Shown here piece by piece: positions 19,625-27,996 of a stretch of 64,000 bases of DNA. The notes under the pieces were generated by a model. That model ran no database searches. It was not told the origin of the DNA and saw only the letters and a list, made by a program, of their open reading frames with translations. Each line of letters starts with the position of its first letter. The stretch's first letter is position 1. The DNA comes from an uncultured Clostridia bacterium (GTDB lineage Bacteria; Bacillota; Clostridia; TANB77; CAG-508), in the NCBI GenBank assembly GCA_934130085.1, contig CAKOXK010000002.1, positions 97,049 through 161,048 on the forward strand, written 5' to 3'. Made by a program: the position numbers and the translations under genes.

Positions 19625-21880
19625 CTATTTAGCAACTTGTAGGACTGGACGAAGCCCACGGCACGAAGAGAGGACGTCGGTGGTAGAAAGGAACACATAG
19701 TCCGCGGTAATAGAGCCACTGCTTGAAACACAGCGTAAGAGGAAGTTAGCGATGCTCCAACGCGCATTAACGCAGCGAGACGAAAGCCAAAATTCAGCGC
19801 CAGCGCTGATATTACTTGTATTTCTGTTTGCTCCACCACCCCAACAAGCATTGTATATAACTTTTAACCAAGGATTACTTGATTTTTTATCGTTATTATA
19901 TCTTTCGTAAGCATAGTTTCCTTTTTGGTCTGTTGAAAGCCAATTGCTTGCGCCACTTGTGCTCATATTATATGATGTTATTTTTGCATCTGAATATCCT
20001 TTGCTTGCTCCTTTTGTTTTATCAATGTTCTCATATTGTGTAAATAGTGTTGGTGCATAGCTATTCCATGTTGATGTTATTTTATTTGGCGCACTTTTAT
20101 CATCTGCATTTGTTGTCCATAAGTTGCCAAAGTTACTTAATTTACTTTCATCTATGAAATCTTCCCATTTTGCATCACGTGCTAACACTACCTTTACTTT
20201 TTTGGTTTGTCCGTTCTTTAACTTTATTTCTGTTAAATTTCCATATAAATTATTACAGATTGTATCTAAAGCTAAAACTCCATTATTATATGCTGGTGCT
20301 CCTGTTAATCTTACCTGTAATTTTGTTGCTCTATCTGCTATATAGTAATCATATTTACTTGTATCAAATGAGCCTGATTGTAAATCATATCCGCCATCTG
20401 TTAGTTTTGACCATGTCATGTCTGATTCTACTGTTGGCAAACCTGAATTTACTTTATTTACTGACTTTATATCTTTTCCAAGTAATGTTGCTATTGAATC
20501 TGCTTTTACATATCCATGTGCTTCGCTTCCACTCTTAGTCTTATAGAATCTATCTACATTTACTGTTGCACCTACAGATGTGTCTGATACACTGTCTGCT
20601 GAAACTGTTATTACTGGACGTAATGAACAGCTTCCACTTCCATTAGAACCTGATGTTGCATAGTTCTGTCCTACTGTAAATAATGTATACGACGACCTTG
20701 CTCCATCTGTCCTTGCATAACCTAATTGGTAAAAATCTCTTGATAGCTCCTCTGAATATGGTGTTTTTCCATCTGACCCGCTATTCCAATCATAATATGC
20801 AGATCTTGTTGCAAGCCAATAATTGTTTCCTGTATTCATCATGCTTACTGTTGATTTATTTGTTCTGTTTAGATTTGTAATTGTTGGTGATGTATTTGCT
20901 GCTAGCATTTGTGTGTTACTTGATTGAGAGGCTGATGTATTTGCTATATCAATATAATCACTTATTTGGTCTGTTGAGAAACCATGATTTGCTGTATCTT
21001 TTTGATTTATTATTGGTTCTATCTTTCTATTGTTTTGGTAAGCTCTTGATACAGAATATGTTACATTATAAAAGTCTTCCGCATTTACACTTCTTGCTGA
21101 TAATACTTTCTTTCCATTAATCTCTAGGTTTCCATATAACTTTGAGCAAATTTCATTTAGTGCTTTTACACCATTTGTATAGCCATTAATTCCTGATATT
21201 GAAACTTCAAATCCTGTATTGGTATTTGCTATTAGGTTGACTGTTCCATCTTCATTTGTACTTAGTACTTTCCAGCCTAAGTCCTCTGTTTCAATCTCTC
21301 CTGCTTCTACCATTGCAATTCCTGGTACATCTTGATTATCATTACTTAGTACTTGCTTTATATGTCTGTTTACTCCTTTGCCATCGGTTTTTCCTATATA
21401 TGTGAATGTTCCATCATCTAGATTTACCATGTAATTGTGACCTTTATACGCTACTTGAGCATATCCATCTCCATTATTTAAGAAGTCTTCAACTTCGCCA
21501 TTCCCTAAATCATCTTGTATATAATCAGCCAATCTTTTATTTTCATCTTCTGCTTTTGAAACCTCTAAACTTGCTAAGTACATACTCATTTCATCCTCGG
21601 CTGATGCCTTTTCTGAAACTACTACCGCGTTTTTTGCCTTTCCAAGAATTCCATCATTGCTTACCATACTTATTGTTATACCTGCTAAAACTAATAAGAC
21701 AATAATTGTAACTACTAAAGCTATTATTGTTATTCCTGCTTGTTTTAATTTATAGTTTTTCAATTTATACTTTTTAAATTTTAATTCATTTATAGAATTT
21801 TTCATACACTCGTTTTTACTTAATTTTAAGCTTTTTTCATCATACCTCATTTTTGCTTTTTCTCCTTTAAAATCTCTCAA
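19625..21880 (-). CDS. Large pilin-like surface protein, paralog 2
   Basis: 751 aa with N-terminus 'KQAG|ITIIALVVTIIVLLVLAGITISMVSNDGILGKAKNA'. Near-identical to paralogs 1 and 3 except the N-terminal leader, a patch around residues 355-410 and the C-terminal VR. Confidence 0.7.
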   Translation of the reverse strand: MRDFKGEKAKMRYDEKSLKLSKNECMKNSINELKFKKYKLKNYKLKQAGITIIALVVTIIVLLVLAGITISMVSNDGILGKAKNAVVVSEKASAEDEMSMYLASLEVSKAEDENKRLADYIQDDLGNGEVEDFLNNGDGYAQVAYKGHNYMVNLDDGTFTYIGKTDGKGVNRHIKQVLSNDNQDVPGIAMVEAGEIETEDLGWKVLSTNEDGTVNLIANTNTGFEVSISGINGYTNGVKALNEICSKLYGNLEINGKKVLSARSVNAEDFYNVTYSVSRAYQNNRKIEPIINQKDTANHGFSTDQISDYIDIANTSASQSSNTQMLAANTSPTITNLNRTNKSTVSMMNTGNNYWLATRSAYYDWNSGSDGKTPYSEELSRDFYQLGYARTDGARSSYTLFTVGQNYATSGSNGSGSCSLRPVITVSADSVSDTSVGATVNVDRFYKTKSGSEAHGYVKADSIATLLGKDIKSVNKVNSGLPTVESDMTWSKLTDGGYDLQSGSFDTSKYDYYIADRATKLQVRLTGAPAYNNGVLALDTICNNLYGNLTEIKLKNGQTKKVKVVLARDAKWEDFIDESKLSNFGNLWTTNADDKSAPNKITSTWNSYAPTLFTQYENIDKTKGASKGYSDAKITSYNMSTSGASNWLSTDQKGNYAYERYNNDKKSSNPWLKVIYNACWGGGANRNTSNISAGAEFWLSSRCVNARWSIANFLLRCVSSSGSITADYVFLSTTDVLSSCRGLRPVLQVAK
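19628..19796 (-). other. Putative DGR variable region at the 3' end of paralog 2
   Basis: Same A-depleted GC-rich block. It retains AAY-type codons (aat, aac, aac) exactly where the other two copies carry substituted codons. Confidence 0.75.
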
Positions 21881-21918
21881 AGCATTGATACACCTGCGTT
21901 CACATCACTTTTTACTTT

Positions 21919-21943
21919 TTAATTAATCTTTTAGATTAATTAA
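21919..21943. repeat. Solo inverted-repeat site (A'-type) between paralog 3 and paralog 2; no partner IR, no invertible segment
   Basis: 'ttaattaatcttttagattaattaa', identical to the left IR of Inv1, lies 39 bp upstream of the paralog-2 start. The downstream 'aaactattttattgatatgtctttt' resembles the tail of the 185-bp repeat. Confidence 0.7.
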
Positions 21944-22019
21944 AAAATTTAAAATCAAATTCTATAGCAAACGACATATTATTTAAAACTATTTTATTGA
22001 TATGTCTTTTCCTTATATT

Positions 22020-24329
22020 TTATTTAACAACTTGCAAGACTGGACGAAGCCTACGGCACGAAGAGTCGACGCCGGTGCCAGAGTGGAACACACAGTCCGT
22101 TATAATGGATCCACTGCTCGAAACAAAGCGTAAGATGAAGTGCGCGTTGTACCAATCCGCAAAAACGCAGCGAGACGAAAGACAAAAGTCAGCGCCAGCG
22201 CTGATATTACTTGTATTCCTGTTTGCTCCACCACCCCAATAAGCATTGTATATAACTTTTAACCAAGGATTACTTGATTTTTTATCGTTATTATATTTTT
22301 CGTAAGCATAGTTTCCTTTTTGGTCTGTTGAAAGCCAATTGTTTGTGCCACTTGTGCTCATATTATATGATGTTATTTTTGCGTCTGAATATCCTTTGCT
22401 TGCTCCTTTTGTTTTATCAATGTTCTCATATTGTGTAAATAGTGTTGGTGCACAGCTATTCCCTGTTACTGTTATTTTATTTGGCGCACTTGTATCATCT
22501 GCATTTGTTGTCCATAAGTTGCCAAAGTTACTTAATTTACTTAATTTACTTTCATCCATGAAATCTTCCCATTTTGCATCACGTGCTAACACTACCTTTA
22601 CTTTTTTGGTTTGTCCGTTTGCTAACTTTATTTCTGTTAAATTTCCATATAAATTATTACAGATTGTATCTAACGCTAAAACTCCATTATTATATGCTGG
22701 AGCACCTGTTAATCTTACCTGTAATTTTGTTGCTCTATCTGCTATATAGTAACCATATTTATTTGTATCAAATGAGCCTGATTGTAAATCATATCCGCCA
22801 TCTGTTAGTTTTGACCATGTCATATCTGATTCTACTGTTGGCAAACCTGAATTTACTTTATTTACTGACCTTATATCTTTTCCAAGTAAAGCTGCTATTG
22901 AATCTGCTTTTACATGTCCATGTGCTTCGCTTCCACTCTTAGTCTTATAGAATCTATCTACATTTACTGTTGCACCTTCAGATGTGTCTGAAACACTGTC
23001 AGCAGAAACTGTTATTACTGGACGTAGTGAACAATTTGCACTTGCATTATTACCTGTTGTATTATAATTTGCGTTCGTATTAAACACCGTAGATGCAGAA
23101 TATGCTCCATCAGTTCTTGCAAAAGCTAATTGATAGGATTCATTTGACAACTCTTCAGAATATGGTGTTTTTCCATCGGTTCCATGATCCCAACCACAAG
23201 ATGCAGATCTTGTTGCAAGCCAATAATTGTTTCCTGTATTCATCATATCTATTGTTGATTTGTTTGTTCTGTTTAGATTTGTAATTGTTGGTGACGCATT
23301 TGCTGCTAGCATGTGTGTGTTACTTGATTGTGCTCCTGATGTATTTGCTATATCAATATAATCACTTATTTGGTCTGTTGAGAAACCATGATTTGCTGTA
23401 TCTTTTTGATTTATTATTGGCTCTATCTTTTTATTATTTTTATAGGCTCTTGATACAGAATATGTTACATTATAAAAGTCTTCCGCATTTACACTTCTTG
23501 CTGAAAGTACTTTCTTTCCATTAATCTCTAGACTTCCATATAACTTTGAGCAGATTTCATTTAGTGCCTTTACACCATTTGTATAGCCATTAATTCCTGA
23601 TATTGAAACTTCAAATCCTGTATTTGTATTTGCTATTAGGTTGACTGTTCCATCTTCATTTGTACTTAGTACTTTCCAGCCTAAGTCCTCTGTTTCAATC
23701 TCTCCTGCTTCTACCATTGCAATTCCTGGTACATCTTGATTATCATTACTTAGTACTTGCTTTATATGTCTGTTTACTCCTTTGCCATCGGTTTTTCCTA
23801 TATATGTGAATGTTCCATCATCTAGATTTACCATGTAATTGTGACCTTTATATGCTACCTGTGCATAACCATCTCCATTATTTAAAAAATCTTCAAGACC
23901 ATCATTTCCTATATTTGCACTTAAATAGTCAGCAAGTCTTCCTGTATTTCCTTCTTGTTCTCTTTGAATGTCTATACCTGCTAAATACATACTCATTTCT
24001 TCTTCAGCAGAAGATTTGTCTGAAACTGCTACAGCATTTTTTGCTTTTCTAAGAATTCCATCATTGCTTACCATACTTATTGTTATACCTGCTAAAACCA
24101 ATAAGACAATAATTGTAACTACTAAAGCTATTATTGTTATTCCTGCTTGAGTAATTTTATATTTTCTTAATTTGCATTTATTTATTTGATTGCTGTTACT
24201 AATTTTCTTATTTTCATTGTCCCTGTTTTTCATTTTTAATCTCATTCCTTCCTTGCCTCCGCTATCGCTAAGGCACAAATCCTTATTAAATCTAGAGTAT
24301 CTCATTTTTAATCTCCGTATAATGCGCAT
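22020..24329 (-). CDS. Large pilin-like surface protein, paralog 3 (first gene of the array)
   Basis: 769 aa with a long basic leader, then 'TQAG|ITIIALVVTIIVLLVLAGITISMVSNDGILRKAKNA'. It has a conventional AT-rich upstream region shared divergently with the RHH gene at 24719. Confidence 0.7.
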   Translation of the reverse strand: MRIIRRLKMRYSRFNKDLCLSDSGGKEGMRLKMKNRDNENKKISNSNQINKCKLRKYKITQAGITIIALVVTIIVLLVLAGITISMVSNDGILRKAKNAVAVSDKSSAEEEMSMYLAGIDIQREQEGNTGRLADYLSANIGNDGLEDFLNNGDGYAQVAYKGHNYMVNLDDGTFTYIGKTDGKGVNRHIKQVLSNDNQDVPGIAMVEAGEIETEDLGWKVLSTNEDGTVNLIANTNTGFEVSISGINGYTNGVKALNEICSKLYGSLEINGKKVLSARSVNAEDFYNVTYSVSRAYKNNKKIEPIINQKDTANHGFSTDQISDYIDIANTSGAQSSNTHMLAANASPTITNLNRTNKSTIDMMNTGNNYWLATRSASCGWDHGTDGKTPYSEELSNESYQLAFARTDGAYSASTVFNTNANYNTTGNNASANCSLRPVITVSADSVSDTSEGATVNVDRFYKTKSGSEAHGHVKADSIAALLGKDIRSVNKVNSGLPTVESDMTWSKLTDGGYDLQSGSFDTNKYGYYIADRATKLQVRLTGAPAYNNGVLALDTICNNLYGNLTEIKLANGQTKKVKVVLARDAKWEDFMDESKLSKLSNFGNLWTTNADDTSAPNKITVTGNSCAPTLFTQYENIDKTKGASKGYSDAKITSYNMSTSGTNNWLSTDQKGNYAYEKYNNDKKSSNPWLKVIYNAYWGGGANRNTSNISAGADFCLSSRCVFADWYNAHFILRFVSSSGSIITDCVFHSGTGVDSSCRRLRPVLQVVK
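22023..22190 (-). other. Putative DGR variable region at the 3' end of paralog 3
   Basis: Same A-depleted GC-rich block with the third set of codon variants (ttt, gat, aac, cac, atc, ttt...). Confidence 0.75.
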
Positions 24330-24718
24330 ATACCATTATACGAACTCCTTTCTTACAAATTTTGCTTTTTTGTTATAATATTTTTATATGCTCTGCAAAC
24401 TATTTTCTATTCTTTAATTTTCATTGATTCAATATTGATTGATATCTTTTTTATTAAAATTTGTCTTATTTTTATGTATTTTCAACATTTTTTCGTTTCT
24501 TTTTTGTTCGTTATATTACAATTTAGTAAAATAAGAAAAAAATTTTTTGTCGTTTTTTCAAATCGTTTGCATTCATTTTTCCTTGCAAAATCAATAATTT
24601 CTTATAACTCAGTTTAATATTTATCATACTATTTTTGTTTTTGCAAGCACTTTTAGGTGCATATTTATTTTTAATTTAGGTGTAAAATAATTACAAATTC
24701 TACCAGGAGGTGATAAGT

Positions 24719-24922
24719 ATGGATAAATTAAATATTCCTAAAAATCAAAGTGGTGTAAGTAAAACTCTTAGATTGCCAGAGGATATTGTTCAAGATGTGC
24801 AACATCTTTCTGAAATGAAGAACCTTTCTTTCAACAAAATTGTTATTATATTGCTTTCTTTTAGTCTTCATAATCTAGATGAAGTTGATAGATCAGTACT
24901 TGACAAGTTTAGAAAAAATTAA
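24719..24922 (+). CDS. Small ribbon-helix-helix-like putative DNA-binding protein, divergent from the pilin-like array
   Basis: ATG at 24719, 8 nt after AGGAGG; 67 aa. 'KTLRLPEDIVQDVQHLSEMKNLSFNKIVIILLSF' resembles an RHH beta-strand plus two helices (CopG/Arc-like). Confidence 0.5.
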   Translation: MDKLNIPKNQSGVSKTLRLPEDIVQDVQHLSEMKNLSFNKIVIILLSFSLHNLDEVDRSVLDKFRKN

Positions 24923-25038
24923 TGGTCTTCCATTTTGTGCCTTTTTTTCGGATATTTTTTTTGAAAAAAAATTATCCTCTTTTTTTACATAATTTTAAGG
25001 TTCTTGTAATCTTTTTGCAATTATTTTTAATTGCAAAA

Positions 25039-25105
25039 AGTATTCTTAATTTAGTTTTCCATTTTTTATGGCTTCTTATACTAAATTAAGAATACTTTTA
25101 TTGTT
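25039..25105. terminator. Bidirectional terminator between the RHH gene and prkC
   Basis: 17-bp stem 'agtattcttaatttagt...actaaattaagaatact' flanked by an A-run on one side and a T-run on the other. Confidence 0.55.
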
Positions 25106-25118
25106 ATATATATTTATT

Positions 25119-27134
25119 TTATAGTTCACAGTCTATTGATATATTATTTCCATTATAATCATCTATATTTTGCGTTGTTGTTCCTAGTGTTTTTGTTTCT
25201 CCGTTTACTTTGCCTTCTACAACTATTGTTTGTGAACCGTTTCCATGTATTTCTCCTAATGAGATTTCTTGTTGTTCTTTGCTTAGATCCACAGTTACGT
25301 TTTTCTTTATTTGCTCTTTTCCGTTTACTGTTACTACAATTGGTACTGATATTTTTGTACTTTCTGCTACAGTATTTGTTGTGTTTGATGTTTTTGAACT
25401 GTTCTTTTTTATCATGCTACTTGATACCGTAAGTTCAAGTGTTATCTTCGCAGTACTTTCCTTTTTTTCAATTTTGTTAACTACTAGGTCTATGGTTGTG
25501 TTTTGTGCTACCTCTTTACCTTGTTCAATACTTTGTGATATTACCTTGCCATCAGTTTTTGTCTCATCGCTTGTGTATGTTATATTAGCTTTTAGGTTTG
25601 CATTGCTTAATGTTGCTTTTGCTGTTCCTTCATCCATATCAAATACTGTTGGTACTGTAGTTTTCTTTACGCCTTTGCTTACGTGTATTGTTATTGTATC
25701 GCCTGATTTTACTAAAACTCCGGCTTTGGTTTCTTGTCTGATTACTTTGTTTTCTTCTACTGAGTTGCTATTTTCATCTACTTCTTTTATAGTAATTCCC
25801 ATTTTTTTGGCATCTTCTCTTACATCACCAATTTCTTTGCCTGTGAAGTCTGGTAATTCAGTTGTTTCTGGTCCTGTGCTTAATGTTATTTGAACCTCTG
25901 TACCTTCTTCTACCTTCTGGTTCTCATCTGATTTCGGATTTTGCGATATTATCTTTCCTTCTTCTACATCTGCGCTTGCTTCGGATTCAACTTTGCCTTT
26001 TTTAAGTTTTGATTTTTCTAGTAATTCAGTAGCTTCTTGTTCTGTTTTTCCTGTTAAATCTGGCACTACAACTTTTTTGCTTATTCCACCATCTAATATG
26101 ATTTTCGTAATTAGAAAAACTATTATGAATAATAATACTAGGCTTAATAATACGCATGGAACTTTGGCTTTTGGATGCTTTATAAAAAATGCATTTATTC
26201 CTTTTGGCTTTTTCTTTTTATCTTTAACCCCATCATCTGATACAGCTTGCATTATTCTTGTGTATCCGCCATCTTTATTTTCTATTATTACAAAATCTCC
26301 ATCTGGATCTTTTAGTGCTTCGCTCAAATCATGTAACATTTCTGTGGCTGATTGATATCTATTTATTGGGTCTTTTTGCATTGCTTTCATTACAATATCA
26401 TTCACAGCTTGTGGTATTTCAGAATTAATTTCAATTGGCTCCACTGGTTCTTCTTGCATGTGTTTTAGTGCAACTGATACTGGTGTATCAGCATCAAATG
26501 GCACTTTGCCTGTAAGCATTTCATACATTACAACGCCTAATGAATATAGGTCTGATTTTGCATCTGTTATTCCACCTTTTGCTTGTTCAGGTGAAAAATA
26601 ATGTACAGAACCAATTGTTGTTCCAAATGCAGTTATTGTTGAATTTGATACTGCTTTTGCGATTCCAAAATCAGTAACTTTTGCAACACCATCTTCTGTT
26701 ATTATTATGTTATGTGGTTTTATATCACGATGAATGATTCCGTTTTTATGTGCAACTTCAAGCGCTGCAGCTATTTGTATTGCAATATTTACTGCCCATT
26801 TCCATGAAATTGCTCCATCTCTATTAATTATCTCTTTAAGAGTTTTGCCTTTAACTAGCTCCATTACTATGTAATAAAGGTTATTCTCTTCTTCATGACC
26901 AACATCATATATTGAAACTATATTTGCATGAGATAACCCTGCAGCTGATTGCGCTTCAGTGTTAAATCTTTTTATGAAATCTGAATCCGTGGTAAATTCA
27001 TCTTTAAGTACCTTTACTGCAACAAGTCTATTTAAAACGTGATCTTTTGCCTTGTAAACTGTAGCCATTCCACCGTTTCCAGCCTCTTCAAGAATCTCAT
27101 ACCTGTTGCCAATTATTTTTCCTATTAAATTCAT
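25119..27134 (-). CDS. prkC: Ser/Thr protein kinase PrkC (Hanks kinase with C-terminal PASTA repeats)
   Basis: 671 aa with 'GNGGMATVYKA', 'HRDIKPHNIII' and 'DFGIAK' kinase motifs, a TM segment, and repeated PASTA-like 'VPDLTGKT...' units. Confidence 0.9.
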   Translation of the reverse strand: MNLIGKIIGNRYEILEEAGNGGMATVYKAKDHVLNRLVAVKVLKDEFTTDSDFIKRFNTEAQSAAGLSHANIVSIYDVGHEEENNLYYIVMELVKGKTLKEIINRDGAISWKWAVNIAIQIAAALEVAHKNGIIHRDIKPHNIIITEDGVAKVTDFGIAKAVSNSTITAFGTTIGSVHYFSPEQAKGGITDAKSDLYSLGVVMYEMLTGKVPFDADTPVSVALKHMQEEPVEPIEINSEIPQAVNDIVMKAMQKDPINRYQSATEMLHDLSEALKDPDGDFVIIENKDGGYTRIMQAVSDDGVKDKKKKPKGINAFFIKHPKAKVPCVLLSLVLLFIIVFLITKIILDGGISKKVVVPDLTGKTEQEATELLEKSKLKKGKVESEASADVEEGKIISQNPKSDENQKVEEGTEVQITLSTGPETTELPDFTGKEIGDVREDAKKMGITIKEVDENSNSVEENKVIRQETKAGVLVKSGDTITIHVSKGVKKTTVPTVFDMDEGTAKATLSNANLKANITYTSDETKTDGKVISQSIEQGKEVAQNTTIDLVVNKIEKKESTAKITLELTVSSSMIKKNSSKTSNTTNTVAESTKISVPIVVTVNGKEQIKKNVTVDLSKEQQEISLGEIHGNGSQTIVVEGKVNGETKTLGTTTQNIDDYNGNNISIDCEL

Positions 27135-27264
27135 CTATTCCAATCCTTTCTTATTATTCCTAGGCTTTTATTTAGTAATTAAAAATTCATAACGCATTTG
27201 TAATTTGTCTAAATTTACATTTTATTATCTATTAATTTGCTTTAAATATAATTTTATATTTAAA

Positions 27265-27993
27265 TTACCTAATAATAATAGCCGTTATGTTATCTTTTCC
27301 TCCTAAATCATTTGCTTTTTGAACTAATAATTTTGTAGAATCTGTTGGGTTTTCTTTTATTATTTGTTGGATTTCATCTTCTGAAACCATATTTGTTAAA
27401 CCATCTGAGCACATTAATAAAATGTCTCCTTTAATGAATCCTTTTATCATTGCATCTGGTTCAATAAATGGTGTGCACCCTAGTGCTTTCATTAGCATAT
27501 TTTTCTTAGGGTGGTTTTTGCTTTCTTCTTCTGTTATTTTTCCCTCATCTAGTAATTTTTGTACATAGCTGTGATCTTTTGTAAGCTTTCTAAAGAACTC
27601 TTTTCTCATTCTGTAGATTCTGCTATCACCAATATGTGATATAAAGGCCTTGTTTTGATATATTAAGCAAACATCTAGTGTTGTTCCCATTTTACTTAAA
27701 TCTGCATTTTCTTTTGCTTTTTCATATACAACCATATTAGCATACTGACTACTGTTTTTTACTAAATCAAGAAGCGTTTCTTTACTTTCTTTTGATTTTT
27801 CATAATTGCTCAAGATGTAGTTTTTAGCGGTTGTTACAGCAAGTTTGCTTGCTATTTCTCCGCCGTTATATCCACCCATACCGTCAGCTAAAATAAATAG
27901 CTGAACTGGGTCATCAGGAAAACTAATATAAAAATAGTCTTCATTTATTTCTCTAGCTTTTCCTACATCTGATGTTGCAAAAGCTTTTGCCAT
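27265..27993 (-). CDS. stp: PP2C-family Ser/Thr phosphatase (Stp/PrpC)
   Basis: 242 aa with 'DVGKAREINED', 'ILADGMGGYNGGEIAS' and 'SDGLTNMV' PP2C motifs, immediately upstream of prkC. Confidence 0.9.
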   Translation of the reverse strand: MAKAFATSDVGKAREINEDYFYISFPDDPVQLFILADGMGGYNGGEIASKLAVTTAKNYILSNYEKSKESKETLLDLVKNSSQYANMVVYEKAKENADLSKMGTTLDVCLIYQNKAFISHIGDSRIYRMRKEFFRKLTKDHSYVQKLLDEGKITEEESKNHPKKNMLMKALGCTPFIEPDAMIKGFIKGDILLMCSDGLTNMVSEDEIQQIIKENPTDSTKLLVQKANDLGGKDNITAIIIR

Positions 27994-27996
27994 TTA

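Noticed and set aside
19573-22242. Overlapping ORFs 19573..19851 (92 aa) and 21997..22242 (81 aa) at the 3' ends of the large paralogs
   Set aside because: They are open only because the A-depleted, GC-rich VR-like block has few stop codons in any frame. Their composition is odd (Cys/Arg/Ala-rich) and there is no translation signal.
12534-24922. Presence of the DGR core (template repeat + reverse transcriptase) or of the invertase for the switches within the window
   Set aside because: No RT, avd-like or recombinase ORF was found in any frame. No second A-rich copy of the VR block was seen anywhere in the 64 kb. Both must be encoded elsewhere if the systems are active.
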